Notes: generated from the sequence alone by a model not told the origin. A stretch of DNA of 64,000 bases from a bacterium (GCA_963674595.2 CAXXFV010000026.1:1-64000), one strand, 5' to 3'. Counted from the stretch's first letter, positions 31,281-41,066 are shown. Made by a program: numbers and translations.

Positions 31281-31725
31281 TACACACCTCCAAAAGTTAG
31301 TTACAATATACGAACTTTTCGGTGTGTCTACAATATTAGGTAAAGGTCAATTGTTTACATCTATAAATACCGGGGCTTGTTTTTCCATACACTGAGGTCG
31401 GAAGCTCATGATGAGCAAAAGTTGTATCTATTGATTATATGATATGGTAACCTCTTCCGTGCCTGACAGTAGTCTTTCGTATTTTAAAAAAGACTGCAAT
31501 TCTTTTAGACTTGAAAGCAAAGTGTCATTGACACTGATCTTGCCATTATCTTCAACTATAAGTTTCATGTCTAGCAAGTAACGCAGCAGATTTGATGCGT
31601 GACCGAAATCTGTGGTAGAGTTGCCACGGGTTATTTTAATAGATGCATTTCCTGGCTTATTTTCAAACAGGTTTGTGTAGATGGCGGCAAATACTGGTAA
31701 ATTTCAGCAAATTGCTATAAATTTC

Positions 31726-31784
31726 TTGACATTTACATTAAAAAAAGTTAAAATAAATTAATTTTTGTTGACTAGTCAACAAAA
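31726..31784 (+). promoter_or_regulatory. sigma70-like promoter with a perfect 22-bp palindromic operator-like site
   Basis: TTGACA-N17-TAAAAT, then TTTTGTTGACTAGTCAACAAAA at 31763-31784. Confidence 0.65.
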
Positions 31785-31999
31785 TCTAAACAATACTGTG
31801 ACTTGGGTAAATTGACTCTAATTTTTTATTTTAAATCAGCAATAAAGGAGCTATTAAGTTAAAACGTAATTGATAATATTGTGGGAGTTAAAATAATAAT
31901 TCAAAATATCACATCCTTTGAAGTTGTTAGCTATTCTAATTGCCATTTATTGAAAAGAATAAAGAATTAACAAGCCATGTTTTAATGTGGAGGGGTTAA

Positions 32000-33172
32000 A
32001 TGAGCTTAATGAATGAATATATTGCTAAAAGATTAAGTGCTAATGATCTTGAAGCTGAATTATTGAAGCTTATTGGTGAATATAACACATATAATGATAC
32101 ATTTCTTTTTGTTTATGGTAGTGCAATTAGTAAGCCGATTCCTGATACTAGTTTGAATATGGACGATTACTTTTTTATTTTTGATATGCTTAATGGAATT
32201 GATTCTAAAAAATTAGACTTTTATATTGAAACTCCAGGCGGAAGTGGTGAAGCCGCAGAAGAAATTGTTAGGTTTATCAGGAATAAATTCAAAGATGTAA
32301 ATTTTGTTGTTTCAGGTGAAGCAAAAAGTGCTGGAACTATAATGGTTCTTTCAGGTGATGAGATTAGCATGACAAAGAGCGGTAGTCTTGGTCCGATAGA
32401 CGCTCAGATGAAAATTGGAAGAAGTATAGTTTCTGCTTATGATTACATGAAGTGGATTAAGAAGGTCAGGAAAAATGCAGAAAAGAATGGCAAATTAAAT
32501 CCATTTGATGCTACTTTGGTGGCACAAATAAGCCCTGGTGAATTAAGGAATGTAAACCATTCTTTAAAATTTGCTGCGGATCTTGTTACGTCATGGCTTC
32601 CAAAATATAAATTTAAAAATTGGAATATGACTGAAACAAGAAAAATTGAAGTCACTAAGGAGATGAAAGAAAAGAGAGCAGATGAAATTGTTAAAGAATT
32701 AATCAACCATGGTAAATGGAGAAGTCATGGTCGCTCTATTAAAATTTCTGATCTTGATGAAATTGGCTTAAAGGTTAATAGAATTGATGATGATTCTACC
32801 TTGTGTGATATAGTTTATAGAATTCAGACCGTAATTCGTTTGTTATATAGTAGTACGAGTATTTATAAAATATTTGCCACAGAAAATGAAAAAATATTCA
32901 AACAAGCTATGCAGGCAGTTAAATCACCTAAGATTCCAGTTGAGCAAGCAGATGTTGTTGAGCTTGAGATAGTTTGTCCAAAATGTGGGAAAAAAGATAA
33001 AATATATGCAAAATTTTTAGAAAATCCAGCTATTGATAAAGATTTTGAAAAAATGAAGTTTAAACCATTTCCTAAAAATAATAGATTTTTATGTGATTGC
33101 GGATTTGAAATTGATTTAACCGGAATGAGAAACGAAATTGAAACCCAAACGGGAAAAAAAATATTAGCCTAA
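32000..33172 (+). CDS. SDH-family Clp-fold serine protease with a C-terminal Zn ribbon
   Basis: ETPGGSGEAA, AKSAGT (Ser), LGPIDAQ (Asp), SHGRSI (His), CPKC...CDCG. Confidence 0.88.
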   Translation: MSLMNEYIAKRLSANDLEAELLKLIGEYNTYNDTFLFVYGSAISKPIPDTSLNMDDYFFIFDMLNGIDSKKLDFYIETPGGSGEAAEEIVRFIRNKFKDVNFVVSGEAKSAGTIMVLSGDEISMTKSGSLGPIDAQMKIGRSIVSAYDYMKWIKKVRKNAEKNGKLNPFDATLVAQISPGELRNVNHSLKFAADLVTSWLPKYKFKNWNMTETRKIEVTKEMKEKRADEIVKELINHGKWRSHGRSIKISDLDEIGLKVNRIDDDSTLCDIVYRIQTVIRLLYSSTSIYKIFATENEKIFKQAMQAVKSPKIPVEQADVVELEIVCPKCGKKDKIYAKFLENPAIDKDFEKMKFKPFPKNNRFLCDCGFEIDLTGMRNEIETQTGKKILA

Positions 33173-33184
33173 AAGGAGCGTAAA

Positions 33185-33385
33185 ATGAAGAATTGCAAGA
33201 ACAAAAACATTCAAAATCTTGCTGCCCCCATGGGTGATGATAAAGCATTGTTAAAGTTTTTAAAACAGACCAAAGATGGCAAGTATGCTCAAATTGAAAA
33301 GAGCTCTCTTAATTATACGAGAATCGAACAAGAAACAGAACATTATGATATAAATGAGGATGAATATTACTATAGTATAACATGA
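33185..33385 (+). CDS. Small hypothetical protein (66 aa)
   Basis: RBS AAGGAG, directly after the protease gene. Confidence 0.6.
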   Translation: MKNCKNKNIQNLAAPMGDDKALLKFLKQTKDGKYAQIEKSSLNYTRIEQETEHYDINEDEYYYSIT

Positions 33386-33487
33386 TTTGGTAGTGTTTTT
33401 GTAATGTTTTGAATGCAGATCAAACAACAATTTTGTGCTAAAGATGTGGAGCAATAAAAGCACAGCACAATTAAAATATAGAACTTA

Positions 33488-33523
33488 GCCGAACCTTATA
33501 AAAAAGGGTCCGGCTTTTTTTTT
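33488..33523 (+). terminator. Intrinsic terminator closing the protease moron
   Basis: AGCCG AACCTT..AAGGGT CCGGCT plus a T-tract. Confidence 0.65.
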
Positions 33524-33627
33524 GTCCTACCTCAAATACAACTATCAGTAAAAAACTGTAAACCCCTTGTTTAGTTTATCAAATCTCACTATATAGTGGT
33601 GGAGATGTCAATAACATCAATATATAG

Positions 33628-34998
33628 GTGAAAATGAATATTTTTGGCAGAGAACTATTGTTTGGGAAAAAGGCGCTGATGAATGACGACAGGCGGCCGG
33701 CTTCCTCGCAAACCCGTGAAGCGCTGAACGATCCTTTTTCAGCCTCTTTTAACGGGTATGAGCCTTTAAAATTTAATTTGGGATTGTATCAGGTGATCCG
33801 GGAAGCAATACCGGTGCTTGATGTGGCGGTGTTAAAGATCGTGCGGTTGATCGGTGATTTCCGGTATATTGCCGAAAACGCCCGCGACCAGCAGTTGCTG
33901 GATGATTTTAAACAGTCCGTAAAGGTCGGGTGGTTTCAGCAGGGATTGAATTTCTGGTTAAAACAGTTGAACGATTCGGCATTGTCCCTGGGTATGGGAT
34001 TCGGTGAGCTGGTGCCATTGGCATCCAACAGCGGCGTGCATCGCCTGAAAATCGCCCATGCGCAGAATTTTCGCTTTATGCGCGACAGTGATAACCGGCT
34101 TGTTTTGGGCACGGTGCAGCGGGGCGGCATGAAACCACGTCAACTGGCTTTTCCGGATTATGTTTATTATCTCGCTTTTGACGTGCGCAACGGTTCTCCC
34201 CAGGGCGTCAGTCTGTTTTATTCGCTGCCTTTTGTGGTGCAGATTTACACCCGCATTGAAAAGGCCATTGAAAACACCATCTGGCGTGTGGGCGATCCCA
34301 CGTTTATTGCGGTTGTTAAAGGCAGCAAGTTTGCCAAATATGCCGAAGTGAAGCAGGCCAAGGACGCGTTTTTGACCGAACTGACCGAGGTGAACAAGGA
34401 CCGGCGGCAGAGCAAGGTGCGTGACATTGGCGTGGCCACGCCCAACGAAAGTGATTTTGAGCTTAAAGTGCTTGGCGAAGGCGCGGAAATGCTGGACATT
34501 AAGGTGCCGTCACGCATTATTCTGGAACAGATTATTGCCAAAACAGAACTGTTCCCCTACATGTTTGGCCTGTATGACTGGAACTCGAATTTTCGTATGA
34601 GTTCGGACCAGGCAGACATGCTGGTTTCCAATATCAATTCCTATCGAAAACAAAACGATCCCATTATCCGTAAAGTGACGGACCAGTTTTTAACATTGTC
34701 CGGACATGCCGGGGTGAAATACACGGTTGAATGGGACCCTGTCAATCTGATGGATGAAAAAGAGATGGCCAATGCCCGGGCGCTGAATGCCACGGCCCTG
34801 CAAAAAGAGCTGACAGCCTTTGACTGGATGCTGGAACGCGGGTTTATTACTGAAGACGAAATCCTGGAATTTCTGGTAAACAATGGGTTTGGCAGCAAAA
34901 AAAATATAAACGGCGAACAACGGCTTGTTTTGGAGCAGTTTGTTAAACGCAACAAAAAGGCCTTTGTGGGCAAGATAAACAAGAGTGTGTTGAATTGA
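33628..34998 (+). CDS. Phage portal protein
   Basis: LYQVIREAIPVLDVAV..., G.GFGELV, SPQGVSLFYSLPFV; size and position fit. Confidence 0.85.
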   Translation: MKMNIFGRELLFGKKALMNDDRRPASSQTREALNDPFSASFNGYEPLKFNLGLYQVIREAIPVLDVAVLKIVRLIGDFRYIAENARDQQLLDDFKQSVKVGWFQQGLNFWLKQLNDSALSLGMGFGELVPLASNSGVHRLKIAHAQNFRFMRDSDNRLVLGTVQRGGMKPRQLAFPDYVYYLAFDVRNGSPQGVSLFYSLPFVVQIYTRIEKAIENTIWRVGDPTFIAVVKGSKFAKYAEVKQAKDAFLTELTEVNKDRRQSKVRDIGVATPNESDFELKVLGEGAEMLDIKVPSRIILEQIIAKTELFPYMFGLYDWNSNFRMSSDQADMLVSNINSYRKQNDPIIRKVTDQFLTLSGHAGVKYTVEWDPVNLMDEKEMANARALNATALQKELTAFDWMLERGFITEDEILEFLVNNGFGSKKNINGEQRLVLEQFVKRNKKAFVGKINKSVLN

Positions 34999-35047
34999 TG
35001 TATTTTAATTTTCAGAGATAATCCTTAAAAAATCAGGAACGTGACAG

Positions 35048-35950
35048 ATGCCGACATTTACATGTGAAAAATGTAACAGAGACGTGACCTATCCGCTGGG
35101 GGACCGGTCTTTTCACCGGGCCCATGAGTGGGAGTGTCTGGACTGTTATACGGTGATTGCGGCGGACCGGTACGAAAAAAACGTTCCTGACCATACCACG
35201 GTTTTTATGCCCATCGGGTTTGCGCTGGGTGACCAAATCGTTAATTCGGTGGTACTGCGATATTACCAGGACCAGAATCCTGCCGAAAACGTTGTGGTCA
35301 TCAACACGGTCATGTTTCCCGATGAGATAAAAACCACCTTTCATCCGGACAAGTTTTTCTGGTCTGATGTGGCGCCTTATAAACCGGCGCCGACCAATGC
35401 GATTTTGTACAGCGTGCCCAATGAGGCCAATGCCCTGAAGGAAAAGGGTTATTATCCGGAACTGTGGTTTACGCCGGAGAGGCCGGAGGTTTACAACGAA
35501 TTGCAGTTTAAAAACTATGTGGTACTGCACATCCGCAATGTGAGCAAAGCGGCCTTTAAAAACGAGGAACCGAAACGGGTCAACAAAATTATCGAATATC
35601 TGTTAAACAGCGAATCGGTGGACTGTATTGTGCTTGTCGGTAATGACAATGACGATCCGCGTTATGCCACCCATCACGAAAAGATTTTTGACCTGCGCAA
35701 AAAGCTCAAACTGCAAGAGATCGCCTGGTTAATTCAGCACAGCCTGTTGTACGTGGGCAAAGATTCCGGTATTGCGCATTTGGCCGGATGCTGTAACGCA
35801 CCCATGGTGGTGTACGGTTACGTAACCGAACGCTGGATGCCCAAGGTTAAACACGACCGGATGCAGGCGTTTATGGAAATCCATTCGTCAGTGGATAACA
35901 TTGTTTATGCCATTAACGATAATATTTTACAAACAAAACTGTGTGCATAA
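35048..35950 (+). CDS. Glycosyltransferase family 9-like protein with an N-terminal Zn ribbon
   Basis: ALGDQI, LYVGKDSGIAHLA...P.VVYG; CEKC...CLDC. Confidence 0.85.
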   Translation: MPTFTCEKCNRDVTYPLGDRSFHRAHEWECLDCYTVIAADRYEKNVPDHTTVFMPIGFALGDQIVNSVVLRYYQDQNPAENVVVINTVMFPDEIKTTFHPDKFFWSDVAPYKPAPTNAILYSVPNEANALKEKGYYPELWFTPERPEVYNELQFKNYVVLHIRNVSKAAFKNEEPKRVNKIIEYLLNSESVDCIVLVGNDNDDPRYATHHEKIFDLRKKLKLQEIAWLIQHSLLYVGKDSGIAHLAGCCNAPMVVYGYVTERWMPKVKHDRMQAFMEIHSSVDNIVYAINDNILQTKLCA

Positions 35951-35951
35951 T

Positions 35952-36449
35952 ATGTCTGATCCGGTAAAAATAAACATCGGCTGCGGCACCCGCAAGTGGA
36001 AGGGATTTTTAAATATCGATATTCAGGAGGCTGTACATCCGGATGTGGTTATGGACATCCGTTACCTGGAAAAAATCGCCGACAATTCTGTGGATGAAAT
36101 TCTGGCCGAACACGTGCTGGAGCATTTTCCGGTATGGCAGACACAGACCATCCTCAATATCTGGGCCTCAAAACTGCATATGGGCGGATATATGAAAATA
36201 TGGATCCCTGACTTTGAGGTGTTGTGCCGGTATGTTGTGGACGGCAATTACGGCAAAATGGCCATGCAGTCCATTTACGGCAAACAGGACCATCCCTGGA
36301 ATTATCATTGTGTGGGATTTACCAAAGAGTATATAAAAGAGCTGATGAAAAACGCGGGCATGACCGTGACGGTGTGCGAAAGCAAAATGGTGGATATTTA
36401 TCCCAATTTATATTGCAAAGGCATAAAAAATGGCCATGTTTCAGTGTGA
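35952..36449 (+). CDS. SAM-dependent methyltransferase (type 11-like)
   Basis: INIGCG...NIDI...SVDEILAEHVLEH...GG..KIWIPD. Confidence 0.88.
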   Translation: MSDPVKINIGCGTRKWKGFLNIDIQEAVHPDVVMDIRYLEKIADNSVDEILAEHVLEHFPVWQTQTILNIWASKLHMGGYMKIWIPDFEVLCRYVVDGNYGKMAMQSIYGKQDHPWNYHCVGFTKEYIKELMKNAGMTVTVCESKMVDIYPNLYCKGIKNGHVSV

Positions 36450-36594
36450 AAAATGTTTAAAAAAAATTGCCTATTGTCCCGGCGACAAAACGCCGGTGTG
36501 TCATTGCAACGTACCTTTTTACAGACGTAACGATTTTGACCATAAAAATGAGGTGAAAAAATGCCACGATTATTTGACAAAGAAACAGGTGTAA
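36430..36594 (+). CDS. Small Zn-ribbon protein (54 aa, MAMFQCEKCLKKIAYCPGDKTPVCHC...)
   Basis: Open frame overlapping both neighbours; N-terminus homologous to that of the GT9 protein. Confidence 0.55.
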   Translation: MAMFQCEKCLKKIAYCPGDKTPVCHCNVPFYRRNDFDHKNEVKKCHDYLTKKQV

Positions 36595-36785
36595 GCATTG
36601 TGTATCCGGCCGGTGACAAGCCGCCCTATGACAGATTTAACGACCTGGTGAAAAAGAAAAAAAGTTTAAAAAGCGCCAATGAGGTAAAATCCGACAAAAC
36701 GGGCCAGGTTGACCGGATAACAAAAGTTGAATCTGATGAAAAGAAAAAGACCTTTAAACGCATCGGTTTTGAAGGCATTAAATAG
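36561..36785 (+). CDS. Small basic phage protein
   Basis: RBS GAGGTG; carries the YPAGDK tag. Confidence 0.7.
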   Translation: MPRLFDKETGVSIVYPAGDKPPYDRFNDLVKKKKSLKSANEVKSDKTGQVDRITKVESDEKKKTFKRIGFEGIK

Positions 36786-36967
36786 TGTCCATTCCCAACA
36801 ATACATTAACGAGTCTTGAAGTAAAGCAGTTTTTGGACAAGATGCGGAACCTGCACAAACCTGTTTCGCTTTCCATCAACCATGCGGGAAACGGTAAAGA
36901 CGAGTTTACGCTGTATATTGAAAAAATGCGGATTAATGACGTGTCCGATATCGACCTTATTCACTAG
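36785..36967 (+). CDS. Small hypothetical protein (60 aa) directly upstream of a conserved RNA motif/terminator
   Basis: TAGTG coupling to the upstream gene. Confidence 0.55.
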   Translation: MSIPNNTLTSLEVKQFLDKMRNLHKPVSLSINHAGNGKDEFTLYIEKMRINDVSDIDLIH

Positions 36968-36985
36968 CAGTTTTTAAAAAATTTC

Positions 36986-37055
36986 CGGTCATTCTGAAAC
37001 ACGAAGCCGAATTTAGCGGCGCTGAAAAGGCGTGACGCTGGGTTCGGCTTTTTTT
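36986..37055 (+). terminator. Terminator with overlapping conserved 5' motif (copy 1)
   Basis: CGGTCATTCTGAAACACGAAGCCG, then a long hairpin closing TTCGGCTT plus a T-tract. Confidence 0.7.
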
Positions 37056-37077
37056 ATTGTGAAAACGAAAATCCACT

Positions 37078-38565
37078 ATGAAGCTAATCAATGAAACACG
37101 ACGTTTTTTTATTGCCGGGTCGCCGGAACTGATAGATATGAACGGCATTGTCGGGAACGGCACAGAAATAAAATTTCCAAAATCATACGATACACTTGGT
37201 TATTTCATTCCCGAAAACAGGGACAAGATAACGTTTACGGATTTTAAACAATGTGAACAATGGATGGAACATATGAAACAATTTAAATCAATGGAGCCGC
37301 AGCACAAAACGTTAACCGGTGTGCGCACAAAAGCCGTCATATTATCGGATGATGATTTTGACGCCATGCAGTCTTTTATGGTTGCGCCCGAGACCTTTGC
37401 CAAAGAGGACTTTAAGGTTTTTGATTTGTGGCTTGCCAATAATTTTGCCGACAGGGACGGTGAACGGTTTGTGAAAAACATTCTCGAATCATTCAACCAC
37501 ACCATTGTCGGGAAATCGCTTTTGTACGGTCATTTTTGGGGACCTCCCGGAGAGGGCCGTTTTTACAAATCACGCATTGAAAAGATGACGATTGAACAGG
37601 TGCTGGAGATTGTAGGTCCGCATCCGTCTAAAAAGTTTAAAGAACATTTGGAAATGATTGAAAAGATCGACGGCGGATTGTATTACCTGGTGCCCACCAT
37701 GTATATGCTGGCCGACCATCCGGACATACGAAAGATCGAAGCCGGTATTATTTCCGATGTGTCCATCGGGTTCAGTGCGCCGACGCGCGTTGAATATAAA
37801 AACGAGTCCGGCCAGACCTTGTGGTACGAATATAAAAATACGGACCAGTTTGAGGGTGAAGCGCTGGAGGGATCATTTGTTTTTCTGGGGTCCCAGTTCG
37901 GCGCCCAGTCTTCAAAAAGTATTGATCAAAACGACTATAAAAAATTTGTTGAAAACCTGCCGCAAAATCTGCGGGACGCCATTGCCGACCATTTTGGAAA
38001 CCAGGTCGCGACACAAACAAAAAAGGGAACATCCAAAAAGGCGGAGGGCATGGTTACATTTCAACTCAACTCGATTGAATTTTGTAAAGAATTCGATCCT
38101 GAAAATCTTGACGGCTGTATCAAAGAAACACAGACAGCCCTTGACCAGGAAATCGGGCATTTGCAGAACGAACTGAGCGAGCAGATAACCGCTCTGAACG
38201 CTGTGACCCAAAGTATGGCGTTGAAGGAAAAGCATCTGGCTGATTTTTATAAAGCCCTGGGAAGCGATGAATTGACCGTTGACGGGGTAAAAAACATCAA
38301 GGCGCTGGCTGACGAATACAAAACCGAACTGATTCGCGAGACCGTCAAGTATGCATGCGGTTCCGGGATGCTTGAGCAAAAAGACGCAGGGCAGCGCAAG
38401 GCCCAGCTTGAAGCATGTTCCGTTGAGGACATAAAAGAACGGCGTGATGAATACCGCAAAATCTTTGATGAAAAAAATCCTTTAAGGGGACAAACACCGG
38501 AACACGATAACAACCATTCACAACATTTTGACGGCACCAACCAGCGTGCCTATGTCATGAATTAA
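37078..38565 (+). CDS. Prohead protease/scaffold protein
   Basis: N..DRDGERF, GKSLLYGH, DVSIGF and EGSFVFLGSQ protease-like motifs, then a coiled-coil C-terminus. Confidence 0.8.
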   Translation: MKLINETRRFFIAGSPELIDMNGIVGNGTEIKFPKSYDTLGYFIPENRDKITFTDFKQCEQWMEHMKQFKSMEPQHKTLTGVRTKAVILSDDDFDAMQSFMVAPETFAKEDFKVFDLWLANNFADRDGERFVKNILESFNHTIVGKSLLYGHFWGPPGEGRFYKSRIEKMTIEQVLEIVGPHPSKKFKEHLEMIEKIDGGLYYLVPTMYMLADHPDIRKIEAGIISDVSIGFSAPTRVEYKNESGQTLWYEYKNTDQFEGEALEGSFVFLGSQFGAQSSKSIDQNDYKKFVENLPQNLRDAIADHFGNQVATQTKKGTSKKAEGMVTFQLNSIEFCKEFDPENLDGCIKETQTALDQEIGHLQNELSEQITALNAVTQSMALKEKHLADFYKALGSDELTVDGVKNIKALADEYKTELIRETVKYACGSGMLEQKDAGQRKAQLEACSVEDIKERRDEYRKIFDEKNPLRGQTPEHDNNHSQHFDGTNQRAYVMN

Positions 38566-38579
38566 CGGAGGTACTCTAA

Positions 38580-39041
38580 ATGTCTGATATATTACGCAAA
38601 GGTGGAAACAAGGGAAATCCTGTTGTTATTTCAGCGGTCCCGGATTCCACATTTAAAAGTGAAATTGACGCGCTTATCACGGCCGGTACGAATGTCGTGG
38701 GCAAGCTTGTTTCGCTGACATTTGCCAATGATTACGAAGTGACGAGTCCGGCTGACGACGCCATTCCGGACGGCGAGATCATTTCGTGCAAAAAAGCGAC
38801 CCTTGCTGCGGGAAATTCCTACATCCTGACCGTGGCGCTTTTTCATTATACCGACCAGAACGGCAGTTCACACACACCGGTCTGCATCCGCGAGCTGGAT
38901 TACAACGGCACCATTGCTTTGCAGGATTCTGTTATTGTCAACGGTACCACCTATCGAAATCTGGATGACGGCGGAACAGGCGGCTGGGGCGCTGTGATTG
39001 CCAAAGACACCAGTAATTCCAAAGTACATGTATTGTTTTAA
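38580..39041 (+). CDS. Putative capsid decoration/cement protein
   Basis: Small beta-rich protein between protease and capsid genes. Confidence 0.6.
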   Translation: MSDILRKGGNKGNPVVISAVPDSTFKSEIDALITAGTNVVGKLVSLTFANDYEVTSPADDAIPDGEIISCKKATLAAGNSYILTVALFHYTDQNGSSHTPVCIRELDYNGTIALQDSVIVNGTTYRNLDDGGTGGWGAVIAKDTSNSKVHVLF

Positions 39042-39053
39042 GGAGGCCAGTAA

Positions 39054-40184
39054 ATGTTTAAACATCGATCTGCACCATTACGTAACGACGAAAATTTTTG
39101 GGTTTCCAAAGATGGCCTCGACGTCGGATTATACAAAGAGGCTGACCGAAAGGGTATGTCCTTCAGCATGCTGCTTGAAGCGATAAAATCCGAAAAACAG
39201 CAGCAGGCGTCGCCCTATTTGGGGATGACCAAAAGTGAAGTTATTGAACAAAAACAGGCCATGCGCAGGGCCGGACAAATTGCACCGCTGACCGCTTTTG
39301 AAGAGTGTCTGGCAAAGGCCGGCATTCAGGTGGCCGGAAAATACACCGATCCTGTCAGCAAGTTTTTTGAATATTCGGATACCGACGTTCTGTTCCCGGA
39401 GTTTATTGCCGACAAAGTTTACACCGGCATGTTGTCTGCCTCACTGGTCCCGGAATTTGTTTCCATGGAAACCGTGGTCAGCAGCAAAACTTTTCAAAAA
39501 CTTTATCTGGACGATTCTGAAGTAGAACGTGAACTGCGCGAAGTGGGTGATTTGGAAGACCTGCCGGAAACCAAAATTTCCGTGGGCGACAAATCCGTTC
39601 ACCTCGGCATGTACGGACGATATATCAAAACATCCAAACTGGACCTGAACCAAATGCGGGCCAATGTTGTCGGTAATTTTATGGACAAAATCGGTTTGCA
39701 AATCGGTATCGACCAGACGGACCTGCTGATCTACCGGCTTATCAACGGTGACGGCAATGCCAACACCACACCCGGAACAACCAAAACAGCAAGCGCATCC
39801 GGCGCAGGCGCCATTGACTTTGAAGACACCATTACCTGGGCAACCGCTTTGCCGACGCCCTATAAAATGGACAAGTTTGTGGGCCGCAAAGCCAACCTGG
39901 TAAAATGGTATAACCGTTTGTATGACGGCACCACCACCAGTGTGGGCAACGATTTTATGGGCATTTTCCCCAAACCGTTTGAATGGGACCGCTCTGTAGT
40001 CACATCCAACTATTTCTGGGGTGTCGATTCCCGTTACGCGGCTGAATTCATCACCATCGGCGGCGTACAGGTCAATGCCGAAGATATCGTTCGTCAGCTT
40101 GCCAAGGGTATTGCAGTTTACACACTATATGAATTTGCCATTGCTGATAAAAACGCTGTCGCAAAGTTTGACATGTCTTCATAG
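39054..40184 (+). CDS. Major capsid protein (HK97 fold)
   Basis: LFPEF, V...EDLPET.I.......L..YGR, LINGDGN; size and position fit. Confidence 0.85.
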   Translation: MFKHRSAPLRNDENFWVSKDGLDVGLYKEADRKGMSFSMLLEAIKSEKQQQASPYLGMTKSEVIEQKQAMRRAGQIAPLTAFEECLAKAGIQVAGKYTDPVSKFFEYSDTDVLFPEFIADKVYTGMLSASLVPEFVSMETVVSSKTFQKLYLDDSEVERELREVGDLEDLPETKISVGDKSVHLGMYGRYIKTSKLDLNQMRANVVGNFMDKIGLQIGIDQTDLLIYRLINGDGNANTTPGTTKTASASGAGAIDFEDTITWATALPTPYKMDKFVGRKANLVKWYNRLYDGTTTSVGNDFMGIFPKPFEWDRSVVTSNYFWGVDSRYAAEFITIGGVQVNAEDIVRQLAKGIAVYTLYEFAIADKNAVAKFDMSS

Positions 40185-40242
40185 TGAGGTGGTCTTTTGA
40201 ACTGGATCTATGTAAAAAGCGCAAAAAAACAAACCACTGACC

Positions 40243-40440
40243 TTGGTGGATGTGTCGACCCGGGATGCAAAAAACAAAAACGAGTATTTTTGTATGAACA
40301 TCAGTGAAAAGATGATTGAACAGGGCACACCGGCAAAAGTGCCGGACAATTCGTTTTTTCAGGGTTTTATCGCCCTGGGTGAACTGGAACAGGCAGACCC
40401 GCCTAAAAAACAGTCCCCTAAAAAAACGGCGGCAAAATAA
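40243..40440 (+). CDS. Small phage protein; an in-frame upstream ATG at 40210 is followed immediately by TAA
   Basis: Lys-rich tail typical of post-capsid proteins. Confidence 0.5.
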   Translation: MVDVSTRDAKNKNEYFCMNISEKMIEQGTPAKVPDNSFFQGFIALGELEQADPPKKQSPKKTAAK

Positions 40441-40592
40441 TGAAAAAAACGGCTCATCATCATTCTTTATCTGCTGTCGTGGTTTGGCCTTTCGCCGCTG
40501 TTTGCGAAGGAGCCGGACCGGGCCGTAACACAGGAACCGACAGCAGAACATGTTCAACAACATATAAAACGGACCAATTCAGGTGATTATTT

Positions 40593-41063
40593 ATGTCTTA
40601 TATAACAGCAAATGACGTGAGAAACCGGCTGCGGATAACCGACAGCACCATTGACGTGACAGACGCCATGCTCACCTCCGCCGCTATGATACCGGCCGGA
40701 GACGCGTGGATCGACAAAATTCTGTCACTCAACGGGACCGGTTTTGCTTCTTTAAGCGCAACAGACCAGGCCCTGGTTAAAGCGGCTGAAATTGCTTTTG
40801 TGGCCCACAAGGTTGTCAATTCCGCACCAAGACGCGGATCCAAAACCGGGCCCATTACCATAAAGCCGGTCCCTTCACAGGATAAAAAGGCCCTGGCCGA
40901 CGAGCTGCAGCGTGAATGGGAGCTCTATTTTAACGCACTCGGCTACTCGCTTGTTTCTGTTTCCGTCAGTTCTGTGGGCAGCAACGACTATATGCCCGAC
41001 GGTGAAGACCTGACAAACATTGATTTTAGCGATACTGAAAACGATTTTTCGGAATGGGCTTAA
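40593..41063 (+). CDS. Head-tail adaptor-like protein
   Basis: MSYIT..DVR..L start; position in the operon. Confidence 0.65.
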   Translation: MSYITANDVRNRLRITDSTIDVTDAMLTSAAMIPAGDAWIDKILSLNGTGFASLSATDQALVKAAEIAFVAHKVVNSAPRRGSKTGPITIKPVPSQDKKALADELQREWELYFNALGYSLVSVSVSSVGSNDYMPDGEDLTNIDFSDTENDFSEWA

Positions 41064-41066
41064 ATC

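Larger units (their letters stand above)
30082..31349 (-). mobile_element. IS3-family insertion sequence, apparently intact
   Basis: TG...CA ends with imperfect IRs (TGAACTTTACCCG../TGACCTTTACCTA..AGACACA), 3-bp target duplication ATT, orfA/orfB arrangement. Confidence 0.95.
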
